Below, one piece after another: positions 48,731-63,142 of a stretch of DNA of 64,000 nt. The stretch comes from Chrysomallon squamiferum (taxonomy: Eukaryota > Animalia > Mollusca): assembly GCA_012295275.1 (NCBI GenBank), contig CM022674.1, forward strand, positions 14,632,001-14,696,000, in the 5' to 3' direction. Under the pieces are notes generated by a model. That model was not told the DNA's origin. It was given only the letters and a program-made list of their open reading frames with translations, and did no database searches. Made by a program: the position numbers and the translations under genes. Each line of letters opens with the position of its first letter. Within the stretch, counting starts at the first letter, position 1.

Positions 48731-49875
48731 CATTTGCTTTTAATAGTGTATATGAAAGATACTGACATTACTTTGTGAAATAAACAGTGTACAATACTGT
48801 CAAATTTTGTTTACATTGTCAAATAGAACACACACACACACACACACATTGTCATTCATTTTATAAAATATTTGACTGACCACATTTCTTTCTAAAATTA
48901 CAGTAACAGTTCAAAAATTTGAAATCTTTGACACTGTACAAGAACATGTCTTCATAAAACTGTCTTCCAGATATGTGACAAGAGAATAAAAAAAAATAAA
49001 AAATAAATAAATAAATAAAATATATAAATAATACAAATAAAATGTTTTTAAAATTAAAAATTAAACAAGATAAATATACACTAAACTGCATTCATAAAGT
49101 ATATACACATATAAATAGATAAATAGAGACAGACATAAAAAGAAGGAAATATAATTTAGACGGTTTGCCAAACTAATGTGGATAAGATTTTATTTTTTAA
49201 TTATATTTTATTTAATGATTATTAAATATTTTGTCCTAGTGGTATTTTAATTATTAATGTTAAGAGTTAACAATTCCATATTACAGTAATAAATAAACAC
49301 TTCCATCAAATTAAGCTTAAACCTTTTATTATGTAGATGAAGAACATTAATAATTAAAATGCCACTGGGAAAAAATATTTAATAATCGTTAAATAAAATG
49401 TAATTAAAAAATAAAATTTGTTTTGAATCACTCATTGCTCGGGTCATTGACTCACAACAACAATGAATTAAATAATTGAAAAAATAAATAAAACCAGTTT
49501 TACTTGCTCGTTGCTGGGGGTCACTAACTAATGACAGTAATGAATGAAAGATCTGAAAAACAAAATATAGCAAAATTAGTTTTGATGAAGTAACATCAAA
49601 ATAACAGATTCGCACAGCCCAGGGACCAAAAGCTTTCGTCTTAACAAGAGAACAACAAATCACTGGGATTTCAGTTTTGACCTCATACTTACAAGGCAGA
49701 ACACAGCAGACATTTAGGACACTGTAAACTGAAAGCGTCATAAATGTGTTCACTGGGTTCACTTTTTTCTTTTTACAGTTATTATATTATTTTAAAATTC
49801 ATACTGTTTTGCTTAAACATTGATGAAAATATTTTGAAGGGGAATTTTATTTATTTATTTATTTATTTATTATTA

Positions 49876-49931
<56 letters not shown>

Positions 49932-50187
49932 TTAATTTATTACTTGTATTATTATTATTTTTTTTTGGCTTTGTAGGTTAATGTATTTATATCAATGAAA
50001 AAAGGTTTGGAATCAAGAACACTTTTAAATAATCATTCATGTTAATTATATTACTTTGTTATCTTCAATCTTACTGATTTTGAAAAATAAAATGCTATAA
50101 ATCAATATAAAGACAAGTTTAATTTGTGGAACTGCAATTGTAAGAATTCATATTGAAAAAAATGGAGTGGATTATTCAGTTTTCATT

Positions 50188-50228
<41 letters not shown>

Positions 50229-51262
50229 TGTTTCCAAGTGTACAGGTTCGAAATTTGAATGGTGAAATGACAGAAACGTTTTAGTACAGAGAAATAGTTA
50301 GTTTTCTAATATCAATTCGAAATATTTTGTATAGATAGTAGTATCATCAATGTTTCTTGTTTTAGGATTTGCTACAGAAGTTTCAAAGTCGGTGTTATTG
50401 ATAAATCTACTGTAATACGTGACAATTTTTTCATAATATCGTTTTATGTAGTTAACATTTTATACTGGATTAAATGTATAGATTAATAGTGATTTCTTAT
50501 TAATTCAAGTGTTTCTTTGAATGTCAAGATAGCGATAAACTTTTGAAGATTATCTCCCTTTACTATATGCAATTTGAAAACTGTTTTGTTTATATTCTGC
50601 TACTTTTATGAGTCACATACTACTTGATGCATGTTTTAAATTTTTATAATTTTATGTAATATAATGATGTCTTTATATAATATTGTCATAGGTTACAGAC
50701 AGAATTAAATTAGGCTTAGGCTGGCGAGTATAGTTAATCAATCATAATCATCTGTTTGACCATTGCACTGAATAATTGAGAAATATTCCCCAGGTCTGCC
50801 GCAGAACCGTTGCCGATTCCAGCCAGATCTGTAAGACAAGCTTCCAAAGACTACAATATACAATTTCCTTTTTATGGAAAATGATATACAGATATCTGCT
50901 TTCAGCTAATTTATGAGTAGCCCAAACTATGTTGCTGTGATTTATTTTCTTTTTCCTTTCATATCATCGTTAAACAAAACTGCCATATATTTAGACACAT
51001 AATAACCATTTAGAGAGAAAATTGAAGTATCATTTTCAGATAGAAAACTGACAGAAGTCAACACAGTGGAATGGTTTTAAAATTGTTTTATATTGTGTTT
51101 TAAATTTACAAGGTTATCACTTTTGTAACTTTCATTTTGTTCTTTCAGATACGAATTGGTCATTTGTTTGAATTTTGGTTTATCTTGGATAATTCATATC
51201 AGTGAATGCAGACTTCAAAAAAAAATATGAATTAACACATTAATTTAATCCAAAAATATAAA

Positions 51263-52618
51263 ATGCATCGAGTATCAAGAAAGTCTGTAAAAGTGCCCCA
51301 AAGATCATCAGAAAAGAACAAGAGAAAAAGAAGACAGACGAGAAAGCATTCAGTTATAACTGATAAGAAAATATCAAGGAGCTGTTTGTGTAAAAAAAAA
51401 TTTACAAACAAGTCTACTCAGCAGAAATATCTGAAAACAGGAAACCAGTACTTACACAGATGTGGATTCTGTGGTGAAATTTTCTCAGTAAAGAAACATT
51501 TTATACAGCATCTTCTTGAACACAATACACAGAAGTTAGAAATGTTGGGTGATGCCAAAAGAGAAGAAAAACCAAAGGAAGTTGAAGGCAGTATTGATGG
51601 AGATACTAATATAGAGGAGGGATTAACAAAAGAAAATGGAGAGCATGCTGGTAATGAAGAGTGTGTTATAGATAACAGTTCAGGAGATAAAATTTCTCAC
51701 AAAGTGAAGAGTGTAAAAAGTGGGAGATACTGCTGTGCTGTGTGTGGGAAGGAGTATTCACAAAAGGGGAGTCTCACTAACCATGAGGCAAGTCACGCTG
51801 GGAGAGCAGCTCACAAGTGTCAGGTGTGTGAGGAAATGTTTGATAAAAAATCTCACATGTTGAAACATGGCCGCCAACATCTGTCAGAAAATCCTCCAGT
51901 TTGTTGCGTCTGTCATCGGACGTTTAAAAGTGACAATCATTTAAAAATGCACCTCTCAGTACACCGCGACTTTACTTGTGAAATCTGTGGCAAAAAGTTC
52001 ACAAAGCAACATCATCTGAAATTCCACCAGTTCTGTCACACCCGGGACAGACCAGTTAAATGTGAGACTTGTGGTAAAACATTTAAAAATAACTATGGCT
52101 TGAAAACACACCAGCTAGCTCACACTGACGACAGAAGACATGTTTGTGAACTGTGCGGAAAAGCTTTCAAGATTTCATCTCATCTGCACAGACATATTCA
52201 GGGTCACAGTGAAATGAGGAATTTCAGATGTGAAAAATGTGGGAAATGTTTTAAACAGAATTGCCACCTTAAAGTGCATCTGTACAGCCACTCAGGGGAA
52301 AGGAGGTTTCACTGTGATGTTTGTGGGAAAGGTTTTACCCAGAATTCCTATCTCGAAAAACATAAATGTGCTCTAGGACTTGATGATAAAATAAAGTCTT
52401 CAAAAAGTAAAATATTTAAAACACCACAGAATGCTGGAGAAACTTACAGTGGGAGTGGTGTTGTGACAGACGAGGCTGACATCAGTAACCAGTCGGTGTT
52501 GACATATTCACAGATGTTGTTGCAGTTTCCACAGTTCTTGCAAGGTGGAGAAAACTGCAGTAAACAGAATTTTCACACAGTTGGTGAACTGACAGACATT
52601 TCGTTTAACACCACCTGA
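51263..52618 (+). CDS. C2H2 zinc-finger protein (about 9 fingers), single coding exon, 451 aa
   Basis: ORF with one isolated and eight tandem CxxC-x12-HxxxH fingers (the last is C2HC-like), linkers HTRDRP/HSGERR and a basic N-terminal NLS-like stretch; a splice acceptor at about 51148 suggests 5'UTR exons. Confidence 0.93.
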   Translation: MHRVSRKSVKVPQRSSEKNKRKRRQTRKHSVITDKKISRSCLCKKKFTNKSTQQKYLKTGNQYLHRCGFCGEIFSVKKHFIQHLLEHNTQKLEMLGDAKREEKPKEVEGSIDGDTNIEEGLTKENGEHAGNEECVIDNSSGDKISHKVKSVKSGRYCCAVCGKEYSQKGSLTNHEASHAGRAAHKCQVCEEMFDKKSHMLKHGRQHLSENPPVCCVCHRTFKSDNHLKMHLSVHRDFTCEICGKKFTKQHHLKFHQFCHTRDRPVKCETCGKTFKNNYGLKTHQLAHTDDRRHVCELCGKAFKISSHLHRHIQGHSEMRNFRCEKCGKCFKQNCHLKVHLYSHSGERRFHCDVCGKGFTQNSYLEKHKCALGLDDKIKSSKSKIFKTPQNAGETYSGSGVVTDEADISNQSVLTYSQMLLQFPQFLQGGENCSKQNFHTVGELTDISFNTT

Positions 52619-53522
52619 CATAGTCTAGTGTATGCTAGAACTACACAACTAAAATAAATAATAAAACTAGAAATTATCCAAGAAGATTAGAAGCTGTATT
52701 ACATATTAGTGTATATATTGTGTTGCTAGTGCAAACCCTGCAAGTAAAAGACTTTGAAATAAGTTTGGTGTCTGGTAATCCATTTACAGATTATCACAAA
52801 AATATAAATCTGATAAGTTGAGTGATTTACAAGACTTTGTAATTTTAAGTAATATTAACAATATTACATGTCTGAAAGGAAACTTGTCACAATACACTGA
52901 GTACAGAAATAACTAAACATGTCAAATTACAGGAAACCAGGAAAAACAGGACTGAGTACTCTACCCACTGAACTAAGAAAAGTGTTATAAAGACTACACA
53001 GGAAACACAAATATGTGAGGAAAAAAAAGATGAAATGTCTGCAAGATAGAATACCATCTGTAATATACAGAAAGTAAATAAAAATAATGTTTATACGTTA
53101 TGAAATTAAGTAAGCATTAAACAAAATAGAAACACTAAATTATTTAACAAATTATTTATTTGTAAAGTATTGGTTTACACATGATGAACAGAAATATAGG
53201 ACAGTGACATAGTATGGTGTTTAATTACAAGTATATTTTAAAGTGTATAAATAAATGTTTAAAGTCATGAACTAAAGTTTAAATACAAGTTTATTCTCAA
53301 GTTTAAATATGTTTAATGTCCTGAAATACATTGTTTCTATAGATGTTTAATGTCATGAAATAAGTTTAAATACAAGTTTAATGTCATGACAGTTAAAGTA
53401 CATGTTTAATGTAAATTTTAAATATAAATTTAATATCTTAGTAAAATTACAGAGTGAAGTTTAAACATTTACAAGTGTGATATTAAATAAGTTGTAAATA
53501 AGTGAAATTTTTGTTTGTTTTA

Positions 53523-54460
53523 TCATTTAGGATTTGATGATTTGGTTTGTGATGTTTTATTTGATGACTTCTCAAGTGATAATTTGTCCACTATGTTTGC
53601 ATTTTCAACCAGGTTTTCCTCTAAACTCTTCACAGCACACTTCAAATCTTTGACAACAATCTCGATTTCCTCTTTAGTAGTTTCTCTGCCCACTGACAGT
53701 CGTATTGCGTTTTCTGCAATGTCCGGTGGAACTCCGATAGCAAGAAGTATGGGTGATGGCCTTTAACAGAGTGAAACATTTTATAAAATATTTATCAGTA
53801 ACTACATTCATGCTGATACTTGTATTTAAATACAGAATTACACTCTTGTCTGACACTTGTGTTTAAATACAACTAAACTCCTGTCTGATACTTGTGTTTA
53901 AATACAACTAAACTCCTGTCTGACACTTGCAGTTAAATATAACTACACTTTTGTCTGACACATATTTAAATATAAATAACTTTCTCTCTAACTTGTATTT
54001 TAACTCTAAATGTATTGAAGCTGCAATATATTTAAGCTTTTTTTTTTAATTAAAAAGTATATTTAAGGTTTATCAAATTAGTTTAATTTGTAAAATGTAT
54101 ATTTAAACTCCAGGTGAACTGATGCTGTATTTAAGCCTTGATACTGATAGATGCTATGTTTAAATTCTGAATGTATCTTATGTATGTGCTATTTTATTTA
54201 GACTAAACCTATATGCTTTATAAAGAAATGTCGAGTACAAGCTCAGGGTAAATGAAATGTAAAAACCTGTTTTCTTTGTGACAAGCTGCTCCAATACTTG
54301 CTTGTAGATTCTTTGTCTTTGACAACACCAAGTGTCCTGAAAACATACAAAATACTGTACTGAATTAGCACCAGAAACTAAAATAAAATTTACAAAAATA
54401 TACTGTAAGATTAAAAATAACGATAATAATAATAATAATAACAATAACAATAACAACAAC

Positions 54461-54507
<47 letters not shown>

Positions 54508-55727
54508 AAAATTAACACCATCAGCTTAGAAAGAAGAAGAAATATATTATAAAAGAAATTAACACCTTATAAAAAAAAAACAACATTAACATCTTCAGTT
54601 TCTGTATTTTGTAAAAACCTCAAAAGAAAATTTTAAAAAAGAAGAAGAAAAGGTTCTGTGTGAGAAATAAAACTCGCCCTTCAAGCGCTGACCAACAAAA
54701 GAAAGGTTCGACGTATTTGGCAGACGACAGCTGTCAGAAAACTTCCCATTAAAAACAACCTTATCTTCAAACTCTGCCTGTGAACATAACACTCACTGAG
54801 ATAATTACAAATAACATCAGTTAACAATTACTAATTCAAATCAGTAATAACAGGATTCAGTATAACAATAACAGCTATAATAACGATATTTGACAAAACC
54901 TTTTGTAACAGTCGAGCATAAAAAAATTGATTCTAACTTTCTGTCTGGGTTTTCTTTGTTGTATGCATGTTTTACATGCTTCATAAGATTCTACAGCTCA
55001 AACATATTGCTACAGTAACAATAATAACTATCATAATAATAATAATAACTCATAATGTTAATAAAAAATGACTAATAATGATGAGGATGGTGATAATAAA
55101 AATAATCCATTTTCTGAAATTATAAAATTTAAAACTTTTTGAGAACAGTAATAACAGACAATTTTCTGATGGTTTTGTGTACATCCATTTTATTTCACAC
55201 AAATTTTTTTATTAAAAATAATTAAATAAAAAATATTATCAGACTATCTGTATCAGCTGTAAATTAAATATAAACTGATTTTGTGTTCAGAGTTATTTTA
55301 AAAATCGATAACTTTTCAGACTCCAGTTATTTCCTAGAACTCTACTGCTAATGATAAATAAACAAAGACAACAAAACAAACCTTCAGCAAGTCTTCTAGG
55401 TAATCACGGATTTCTCGCAAATGATTCTCATACTTGGTCAGATTCTTACAAACAAGTTCAGCTGCCTGAAAAACATTTTTTTTTTCTTCTTTTTAACGTA
55501 TATTCTTTTATTACAACAGACAGCGAGAACTAACAATACCACAGAACTTGATATGGCACTGAGTGTTTTTTAATTTTCAATAGTCTTTTTTTTTTACAAG
55601 TGTGAGAAGGACACTACCATGTAATGAACTCAGTGTTGCCGTAGCTTATTGAAAAGCTTGTGAACAGTAATGTCAGTGTATGAAATACCGAAAAAATAAG
55701 GAGAAATAATAATAATAATAATAATAA

Positions 55728-55785
<58 letters not shown>

Positions 55786-56431
55786 TAATAATAATAATAA
55801 TAATAGTAAAAATAAAGTTAGGTAATGTATAAAACATTTCAAACATTTAACATAATGATTAGTTTCACATTAAATTAACATATTTAAATATATACCTTTC
55901 CAAGACCTGCTATCATTCCTGTGTTTTCTGTTCTAAAAAAGTTAATAAATAAATAAATAATAATTAATAACAAACAAAGAAATAAATAAATACAGTAATA
56001 ATAATAAATAAGTAAACAACAACAACATTTATAAAAATCAGACATTGTTTGTTGATGTACCCAGATCGCAAAGACAGTTCCTGTCCACCGCCGAGAATCA
56101 TGGGATAGATTGGAGCTTGAGTTCTTGAGTGTGAGTAAAACAAAGCTCCAATGCGAGGTCCATAAAACTGAAAAAAATTAAAACAATAAACAAATAGAAA
56201 ATAGTAAATAAAATGGAAATTAATTTAAAACTCACTGTTGTGGTTGATCTGATTTCTAAGTAACTTTAAGATAATCCAAATTTTGTTGGTAAAAATACAC
56301 AAATTAACTGTAAAATCAGTGTTCTAAAACTTTATAAAACTGTAAATGAAATTTTAATTATGTGTAAAACCTATTTTCTTCTCAACATATAAATTTAATT
56401 ATTGTCCAAATAAATTTAATTATTTTCCAAA

Positions 56432-56482
<51 letters not shown>

Positions 56483-58493
56483 AATAAAATAAAATAAAAT
56501 AAAATAAAATAAAATAAAATAAAATAAAATAAATAGGCAAACTGGTTTTGTAATATTTACCTTGTGACCAACAATAGTCAAATAATCCACACCAAGTTCT
56601 TTCACATTGACCTTCACCTTGCCGATGGCCTGCGCAGCGTCAGTGTGTAGCAGGATTCTCTTTGTTTCTCCAGCGTGACGTTTTAATTGTCTCACAGCTC
56701 TACACAGCAGAGGAATCGGCTGAAAGCACACAGAGGAATGTGAGATCATGAAAAAAAAACACAGAGGAATGTGAGTGAAAAAAACACAGAGGAATGTGAG
56801 TGAAAAAACACAGAGGAATGTGAGTGGAGTGAAAAAAACACAGAGGAATGTAAGTGGCATGATACAGAGGAATGTGAGTGGCATAAAAAAACACACAGAG
56901 GAATGTGAGTGAAAAAAACACAGAGGAATGTGAGTGGCATGAAAAAAACACACAAAGAAATGTGAGTGAAAAAAACACAGAGGAATGTGAGTGGCATAAA
57001 AAAACACACAGAGGAATGTGAGTGGCATGAAAAAAACACACAGAGGAATGTGAGTGGCATGAAAAAAAACACAGAGGAATGTGAGATCATGAAAAAACCC
57101 CACAGAAAGGCAAGAACACACAAGTACACAACAACTGCACATGAAAACAAAACAAAAAAAACAACAGAAAAAAGATACAAGGAATTATTTAGAGTGGACA
57201 GAGACTGAAACAGTAACTGTCTCTCTTTTCATTTAAGAATTTGGGTGAAAATGTTTTACAGCTTTTAAAAGTGATTATTTTTTCTGGGTTCAGTTCTTCA
57301 CAAGTGTCATCATGTCTCACTTTCATCCTGATGGTGAAACAGTAATTTTCAGACATTTGTTTATTGAATAACCCAACAGAATTATAACAAGCTACAGCAA
57401 ATACATTATATATATACATATATATCAATGTGCCAGTCTTTACAAATTATAGTGTTGTTTTACTCAGTTTTAGGCTTATTTAGAAACACAGTTCTGATAT
57501 TTTACTTAGATTCAGAGGTATTAAAGAAACAAACAAAACAACAAAGTAGAAACCTGAATGATTCCGGTCTCATTGTTAGCCAGCATGATGCTGATTAACA
57601 CTGTGGTGGGTCGAATGGCGAGGAGGACGTCTTCCACGTCAATCTCACCTGTCAGCACCGAGGCAGGAATAAACGAGACTTCTAAAAATAGAACATTTTA
57701 GTTTTAAACTATTTTGTGATTGAGAAATTGTTTTTGTTACAAGTTTTGTATTTAGAATGTAAATGTTTCATATAGACAGTCTGGATTTATAATAAATTTG
57801 TTATTAAAGAAATTTTGAAGAAATCCACTTCTTAAATTAATGTTTCATAGATTATATTTATTAATACATAATTCTATATCTGAAACATTTTGTTAAAAAC
57901 TAAAGATTTTTTATTTTATTTTGCTCTTTAATAATATATGTATGAAGATAAAATAAATAAAAAATAAATAAATAAAAAAAAATAAGTAAATAAAGTGAAT
58001 TAAAAAAAAAAAAAAAAAAAAACAAGTAAAGTAAAATAAAATAAAATATATATTTCTTAAAAGTGGTTTTCTGATTTGAACTCTGACCTGCAACTCCATC
58101 TTTGACCAGCTGTTCTAAAACAAGCTTGACGGAGTCATGTTCCATGTTAGAGATGATAATGTGAGGCAGCACCATCTTTGTGTTGTCACTAAATGTTTTT
58201 TGAAAATGTCTGATAGCAATGTGAAATATCCAGTTGTTAGTCTATAAAAATAATACACCCAAAATATTTTAAATTTTAACAGTTATATATTTGCTGGCTA
58301 AGTCACAGTTTGGTTGCCATGGAGATTTATTAAAAAAAAAAAAAGTTATTTACAAAATATAGATGCTGACGTTATCAAAAACTTCAAAAATTTGAGCTTC
58401 CTATCATTGGTCGTAACTATGTATACAGAAAATGTTTAAATACAATTTTTATCATGAACTATGTAATATTAAATAAAATATAAATTACAAAAT

Positions 58494-58542
<49 letters not shown>

Positions 58543-59893
58543 CTCTGTTCCTCCAGATGTGAAAACGATATCTAAAGAAAATAAATAAATTTATACTGTA
58601 AATGTTTTTATATTCCTAAATTTTGTGGGTACTAAATTTCATTTTGTCTTTATTGGTTTATTTAGAATGCTGGTTAATTAAAACTATATTTTTTTATTAT
58701 CTTAAAATTTAAACATAATTCCTAATCTGTTCAGTGAATGGTTTTACTTGCCACACTGTTTTATTTATTTATTTCAAATAATAAATTTCTTTATTAATAG
58801 TAATAGTGTAGTTACTGAATACCTGTACTTATTGTTATACTCATTACACCGATGATAATAATAACAATAGCAATAACAGTAGTAACTATTAATAATAGTA
58901 GTATAACAACAATAATAATTAGTACTGTTTCTACCATTACATGCACTCTGTCACTGTTACTACTACAACTACTACCACTAGTATGATATCAACTTCTACA
59001 TGTCACCTGAAGTCTTTGCTCCTACCATGTCAGCAACCTGTTTTCTAGCACCAGTAATAATGTCTTTTGCTTTAACACCTGAAATTTTGTTAAAACATGT
59101 ACATTATATACAGGTATCACACACACACACACACTTTGTTTTGACCTCTTTAGAAACATCCAGATTTAATGAAACAATATGTTCACCAAATAATAAGACA
59201 ATATGTAAAGTAATATAATGAAATATTTATTCAGTATAATCCAAATACAAAATTAAAAGTATAGTAAGTATACTTTATACTACAATATGGTTTTGAATGA
59301 ATTACTGCATTTCATGTCTGAAAATAATTTTAATAAATTTGACAGCAAATGTCTGACATTGTTTAACCTGCATTGTGGGAACTTGATGGGTTCCCCCAGG
59401 CGTCCCGCAATGCTCGAGTGATTTCATCAAGAACTTCTGACTCCAATGGAGTTGTTGCATTGTAGTCAAGATAAATTCTACAAAATTTAAAAGCATAAAT
59501 ATTTTTAACATAAACAGAATGATTATAAACATTAAAATCAGCATTTTATTTTGTTACCGAGGTTTTATTTAAATATTTTCATTATATAAATAAGGGAGTG
59601 AATGAGTGAGTCAAAATTAGTTTCTGTTTCAAATTTTACAATATTATTAACAAACGCTGACAACAGTAGGAATGAAAATAATAATAATTTTAATACTAGT
59701 AGTAGTAGTAGTATAATTATTAATAATACTATTAATAGGAGTGTAACCGAGTGAATGGGTACAAGAAAATTAATAGTAAGTTTGATATGATTGAGATTTG
59801 TAAGACCATCATTTGATTACACTAATTGTTGGTGTTTTTCATTTAATATGAAAACAGAACAAACTTCCATGAATCTTTTAAAGATGAAGTCAT
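53523..59893 (-). CDS. SCLY: Selenocysteine lyase (PLP-dependent class V aminotransferase family), 13 exons
   Basis: Exons 59893-59865, 59477-59368, 59078-59007, 58571-58543, 58241-58088, 57681-57554, 56719-56561, 56167-56061, 55932-55896, 55465-55382, 54777-54678, 54336-54267, 53760-53523. Motifs [26 protein letters not shown] (SCLY-type, versus EHKC in NFS1), [22 protein letters not shown] (PLP Lys), ASIGAACH (catalytic Cys) and [10 protein letters not shown]. The first exon is the least certain. Confidence 0.94.
56722..57095 (-). repeat. Variable-length tandem array (about 12 copies) directly upstream of the SCLY exon-7 acceptor
   Basis: Minus-strand core ctcacattcctctgtg(t)tttttttca, related to the exon start CCGATTCCTCTGCTGTG. 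Confidence 0.9.
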
Positions 59894-60151
59894 GCTTTTT
59901 ATTAATTTTCTTGTTTTTGATGACGAAAAGACGGACAGAATATAAATGGCCGCGTACGTCAATAATTATTAGAATGGGGAGATTTATGTCTTCATAATCA
60001 TGTCGAAATAATAAATAACAATAATAGGTAAAAAAAAAAAAAATCATAGTGCGCAATTAATTCATTAAATAACAATTAATAGTATTAGTGTCTCTTCGAA
60101 TTTTAATTTGTTGAAATCTGAAGCGATTTATGACACTAAAAAAATGTAAAT
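59894..60151. promoter_or_regulatory. Probable bidirectional promoter for SCLY and the SDR gene
   Basis: The divergent ATGs are 258 nt apart; YY1-like AAATGGCCGC at about 59944. Confidence 0.55.
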
Positions 60152-60784
60152 ATGAATAACTTTTTTCGTATCTGTCAGTGTTTCTTTAGTATTATTAAAT
60201 CAATATGTAAACCCACAGTTCTTTGGTTTATTCCAAAACCACTAAAAGTCATTTCACAAGATGTTATTCTGATAACAGGCGGAGGCAGAGGAATTGGGAG
60301 GCAGTTAGCGTTGTCTTTTGCAAAGCACCGACCATCTCAGGTACGGTCTCACAACATATATTATTTCCGAATCTTTAAACACCTTTCTTTATCTGTACTT
60401 GACGTTATTACTAGATGCGACGACAAACCGATAATCTTTGTTTCAGAATATTAACCCATCAAATAATATTAGTCAAACTGATTAATACAATATCTCTCTT
60501 AGTACATATATTACTGTCATAATCAATCCTGCATTTTGATAAAATAAAATGATGTTTGGAAATAATTTTTAACTATTTGATCTTCAGTTTTTGTTTGATA
60601 TAATATATCTATTATTATTATATATATTGATTTTTTTTCTTCAGATTGTTCTCTGGGGTCGACATGCAGACACATTACAAAACACATGTAAAGAAGTTGA
60701 AGATAGAGGTGTGCGATGTACATACATGGTGTGTGATGTTAGCAACAGAGAAGACGTATACTCATGTGTAAGTACAAAATTAAC

Positions 60785-60865
<81 letters not shown>

Positions 60866-61444
60866 GTAAATTTTTATTGTTCTTTTTAAAGTTTAATGCA
60901 ATTTAGAGGACAGCACATTGACTGATACACAGAAATAAATATTAAAATTAAAATACTGGTATGTGTCAAAAGTTTATTTATTTAGAAAATTTTACATTTT
61001 TGTTGTCAGATGTTTTTTGTTTACAGGCAGAGAAAGTGAACTCAGATGTAGGACAGGTGACAATACTGGTAAACAATGCTGGTGTTGTGTTTGGTAAGCT
61101 TATATTAGACAGTTCAGAAGAACAGATACAAACTACAATAAAAACAAATGTTCTCGCACACTTCTGGGTATGATTATTATAATAATTCATAAATTTTTCA
61201 TAACTACAAAATCTAAACAAGATGAAATGTCAACTTATTAGTGTTATTATAACACAGAATATATTTTACTTTAACTTATCTTGCCAGAATAGTTAATATT
61301 TGATTACTTTTATTTATTTTTTTATTATTAAATTTATCATGTAAAATCCTTCACAGAGTTATACACCAAGGATGAGTTAATTTACTTCCTGTTTTAAGTT
61401 TTATTTTATAATGTACTGAATCATTGTGAATGTAAAAATAATGG

Positions 61445-61475
<31 letters not shown>

Positions 61476-62472
61476 TATACAAATTTGTTTAAAATAATTC
61501 AAAACACTGACTTTACTTAAGACTGTGAAGAGTTTCCTACCTTCCATGTTAGAGAACAATCGAGGTCACATTGTGGTGCTGTCCTCACTCCTTGGTCTTG
61601 TTGCTATGAGAAAAGCTGGAGATTATGTTAGTTCTAAATTTGCAACCACTGGATTTGCTGAAGCCTTGAGAGAGGAGCTAAGAATTATGGGTAAAACAGG
61701 GGTCAAAGTCACAACCATACATCCATATCATGTAGACAATGAAATGTTTGCAGGATTAAAAACCAGGTCACTGGATTTCAGCAATTTTCAATTAATCAAC
61801 AAATTTTTTTGAAAAGTATAATAAATAAATAAATTTAACAAAAAAGAAAAGATAAATCAAAATTAAAAATATGTAAAATATATACATAGAAAATTAATAA
61901 ATTAATTAATGAATGAATGAATCAATCATACTCCTGCAAAATCTACTGGTTTTAATTAACAAATAGTGAAATTACTGTTTGCAGTGTGTGACAGATTTGT
62001 GTTGTTTTGTTTAGACTGAGTGGTTGGCTGATGCCTCCATTGAAAGAGCAGTACGTATCAGAAAGGACAGTACAAGCTGTATTAACTGATCAGCCATTGT
62101 TAGTGTTACCTCCCTTTATGTACCTCTTCATCTCATTTTTAAGGTAACAAAACTATTACCTCATCATTATTATTACTGTGAAACTATCACATTTGTTAGA
62201 CATTTATTTTTACAAATAAACACATTTTTAAATAATTATAAACATGGTAAAATATTTTAAAGAATTTAAAAAATAAACATGATTCTAGATTTCAAGAAGC
62301 AATATGCCTCCTTACAAAAAAAAAAAAAAAAAAAAAATTATATTCAAATTATTTTTTACTTTTTTATTTTTATTTCAGCTGGACACCAAACAAAGTTGTT
62401 CTTGAGATGGCAAAATTAACTGGACTAAGTTCAGCCATGGACTCTTTTCAAGGTCATCAGAAGGTTGAATAA
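60152..62472 (+). CDS. Short-chain dehydrogenase/reductase, SDR16C family (epidermal retinol dehydrogenase 2 / RDH10 / DHRS3-like), 6 exons
   Basis: Exons 60152-60340, 60645-60767, 61027-61167, 61522-61766, 62015-62143, 62379-62472. Motifs TGGGRGIG, CDVS, LVNNAGV, NVLAHFWTVKSFLPSM, GHIVVLSS, catalytic YVSSK and C-terminal AMDSFQG. Confidence 0.93.
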
Positions 62473-63142
62473 AAATGTTATATACAAGTTTATTTGTGCT
62501 TTCAGTAAGATTTAACAATTTGATACACAACATTTGTTTTATATCAATGTATTACAGAAATAAATTATTTTCCTAATATTGTCTTTTATTATTTTCTTTT
62601 CATAATTTCTCAAACTTCATTTTCTCTGTCCAGTGAATGTGAATTTTATAAATAGCGGATTTGAAGGTCAGAGGTTACATTGCTTGTAAAAGTTCCGACT
62701 ACAACAGTGTTACCTGAGCACTTACCCATCTGTTTCCCGTTCCAGCCATATACAAAATGAGTATTAACACAGTACACATTTCTCTGGGATTTAGAACATT
62801 TCCTGAAGGCTGCAGTTGAATCCATAATTTTTTTTTTTTTTTTTTTTTTAAATCAAAAACATGTAAAAAAGGCTACACAAATATTATATTTAAGTTTTTT
62901 ACCCGAAAAAACAAACAAAAACAACAATATATATATATATATATACCTCCTTGAATTACAATGCCTATGATTTTGAGGTTATAATATCCTGTTTGAAGAT
63001 GATTTAGAATTTCCATGATTATTGATATATTCCTTGATATCTTTGCAATGACATGAAATAAGTGTAACATCAAAATAAATCATGAGACATAGCAAAAATT
63101 AATATTTGATTAACTCATTACCTGCAGAATGTCAGTATCCCT

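Noticed and set aside
53523-59893. NFS1 cysteine desulfurase or a selenoprotein
   Set aside because: EHDS and ASIGAACH match SCLY rather than NFS1 (EHKC, SSGSAC), there is no long mitochondrial leader, and there is no internal in-frame TGA.
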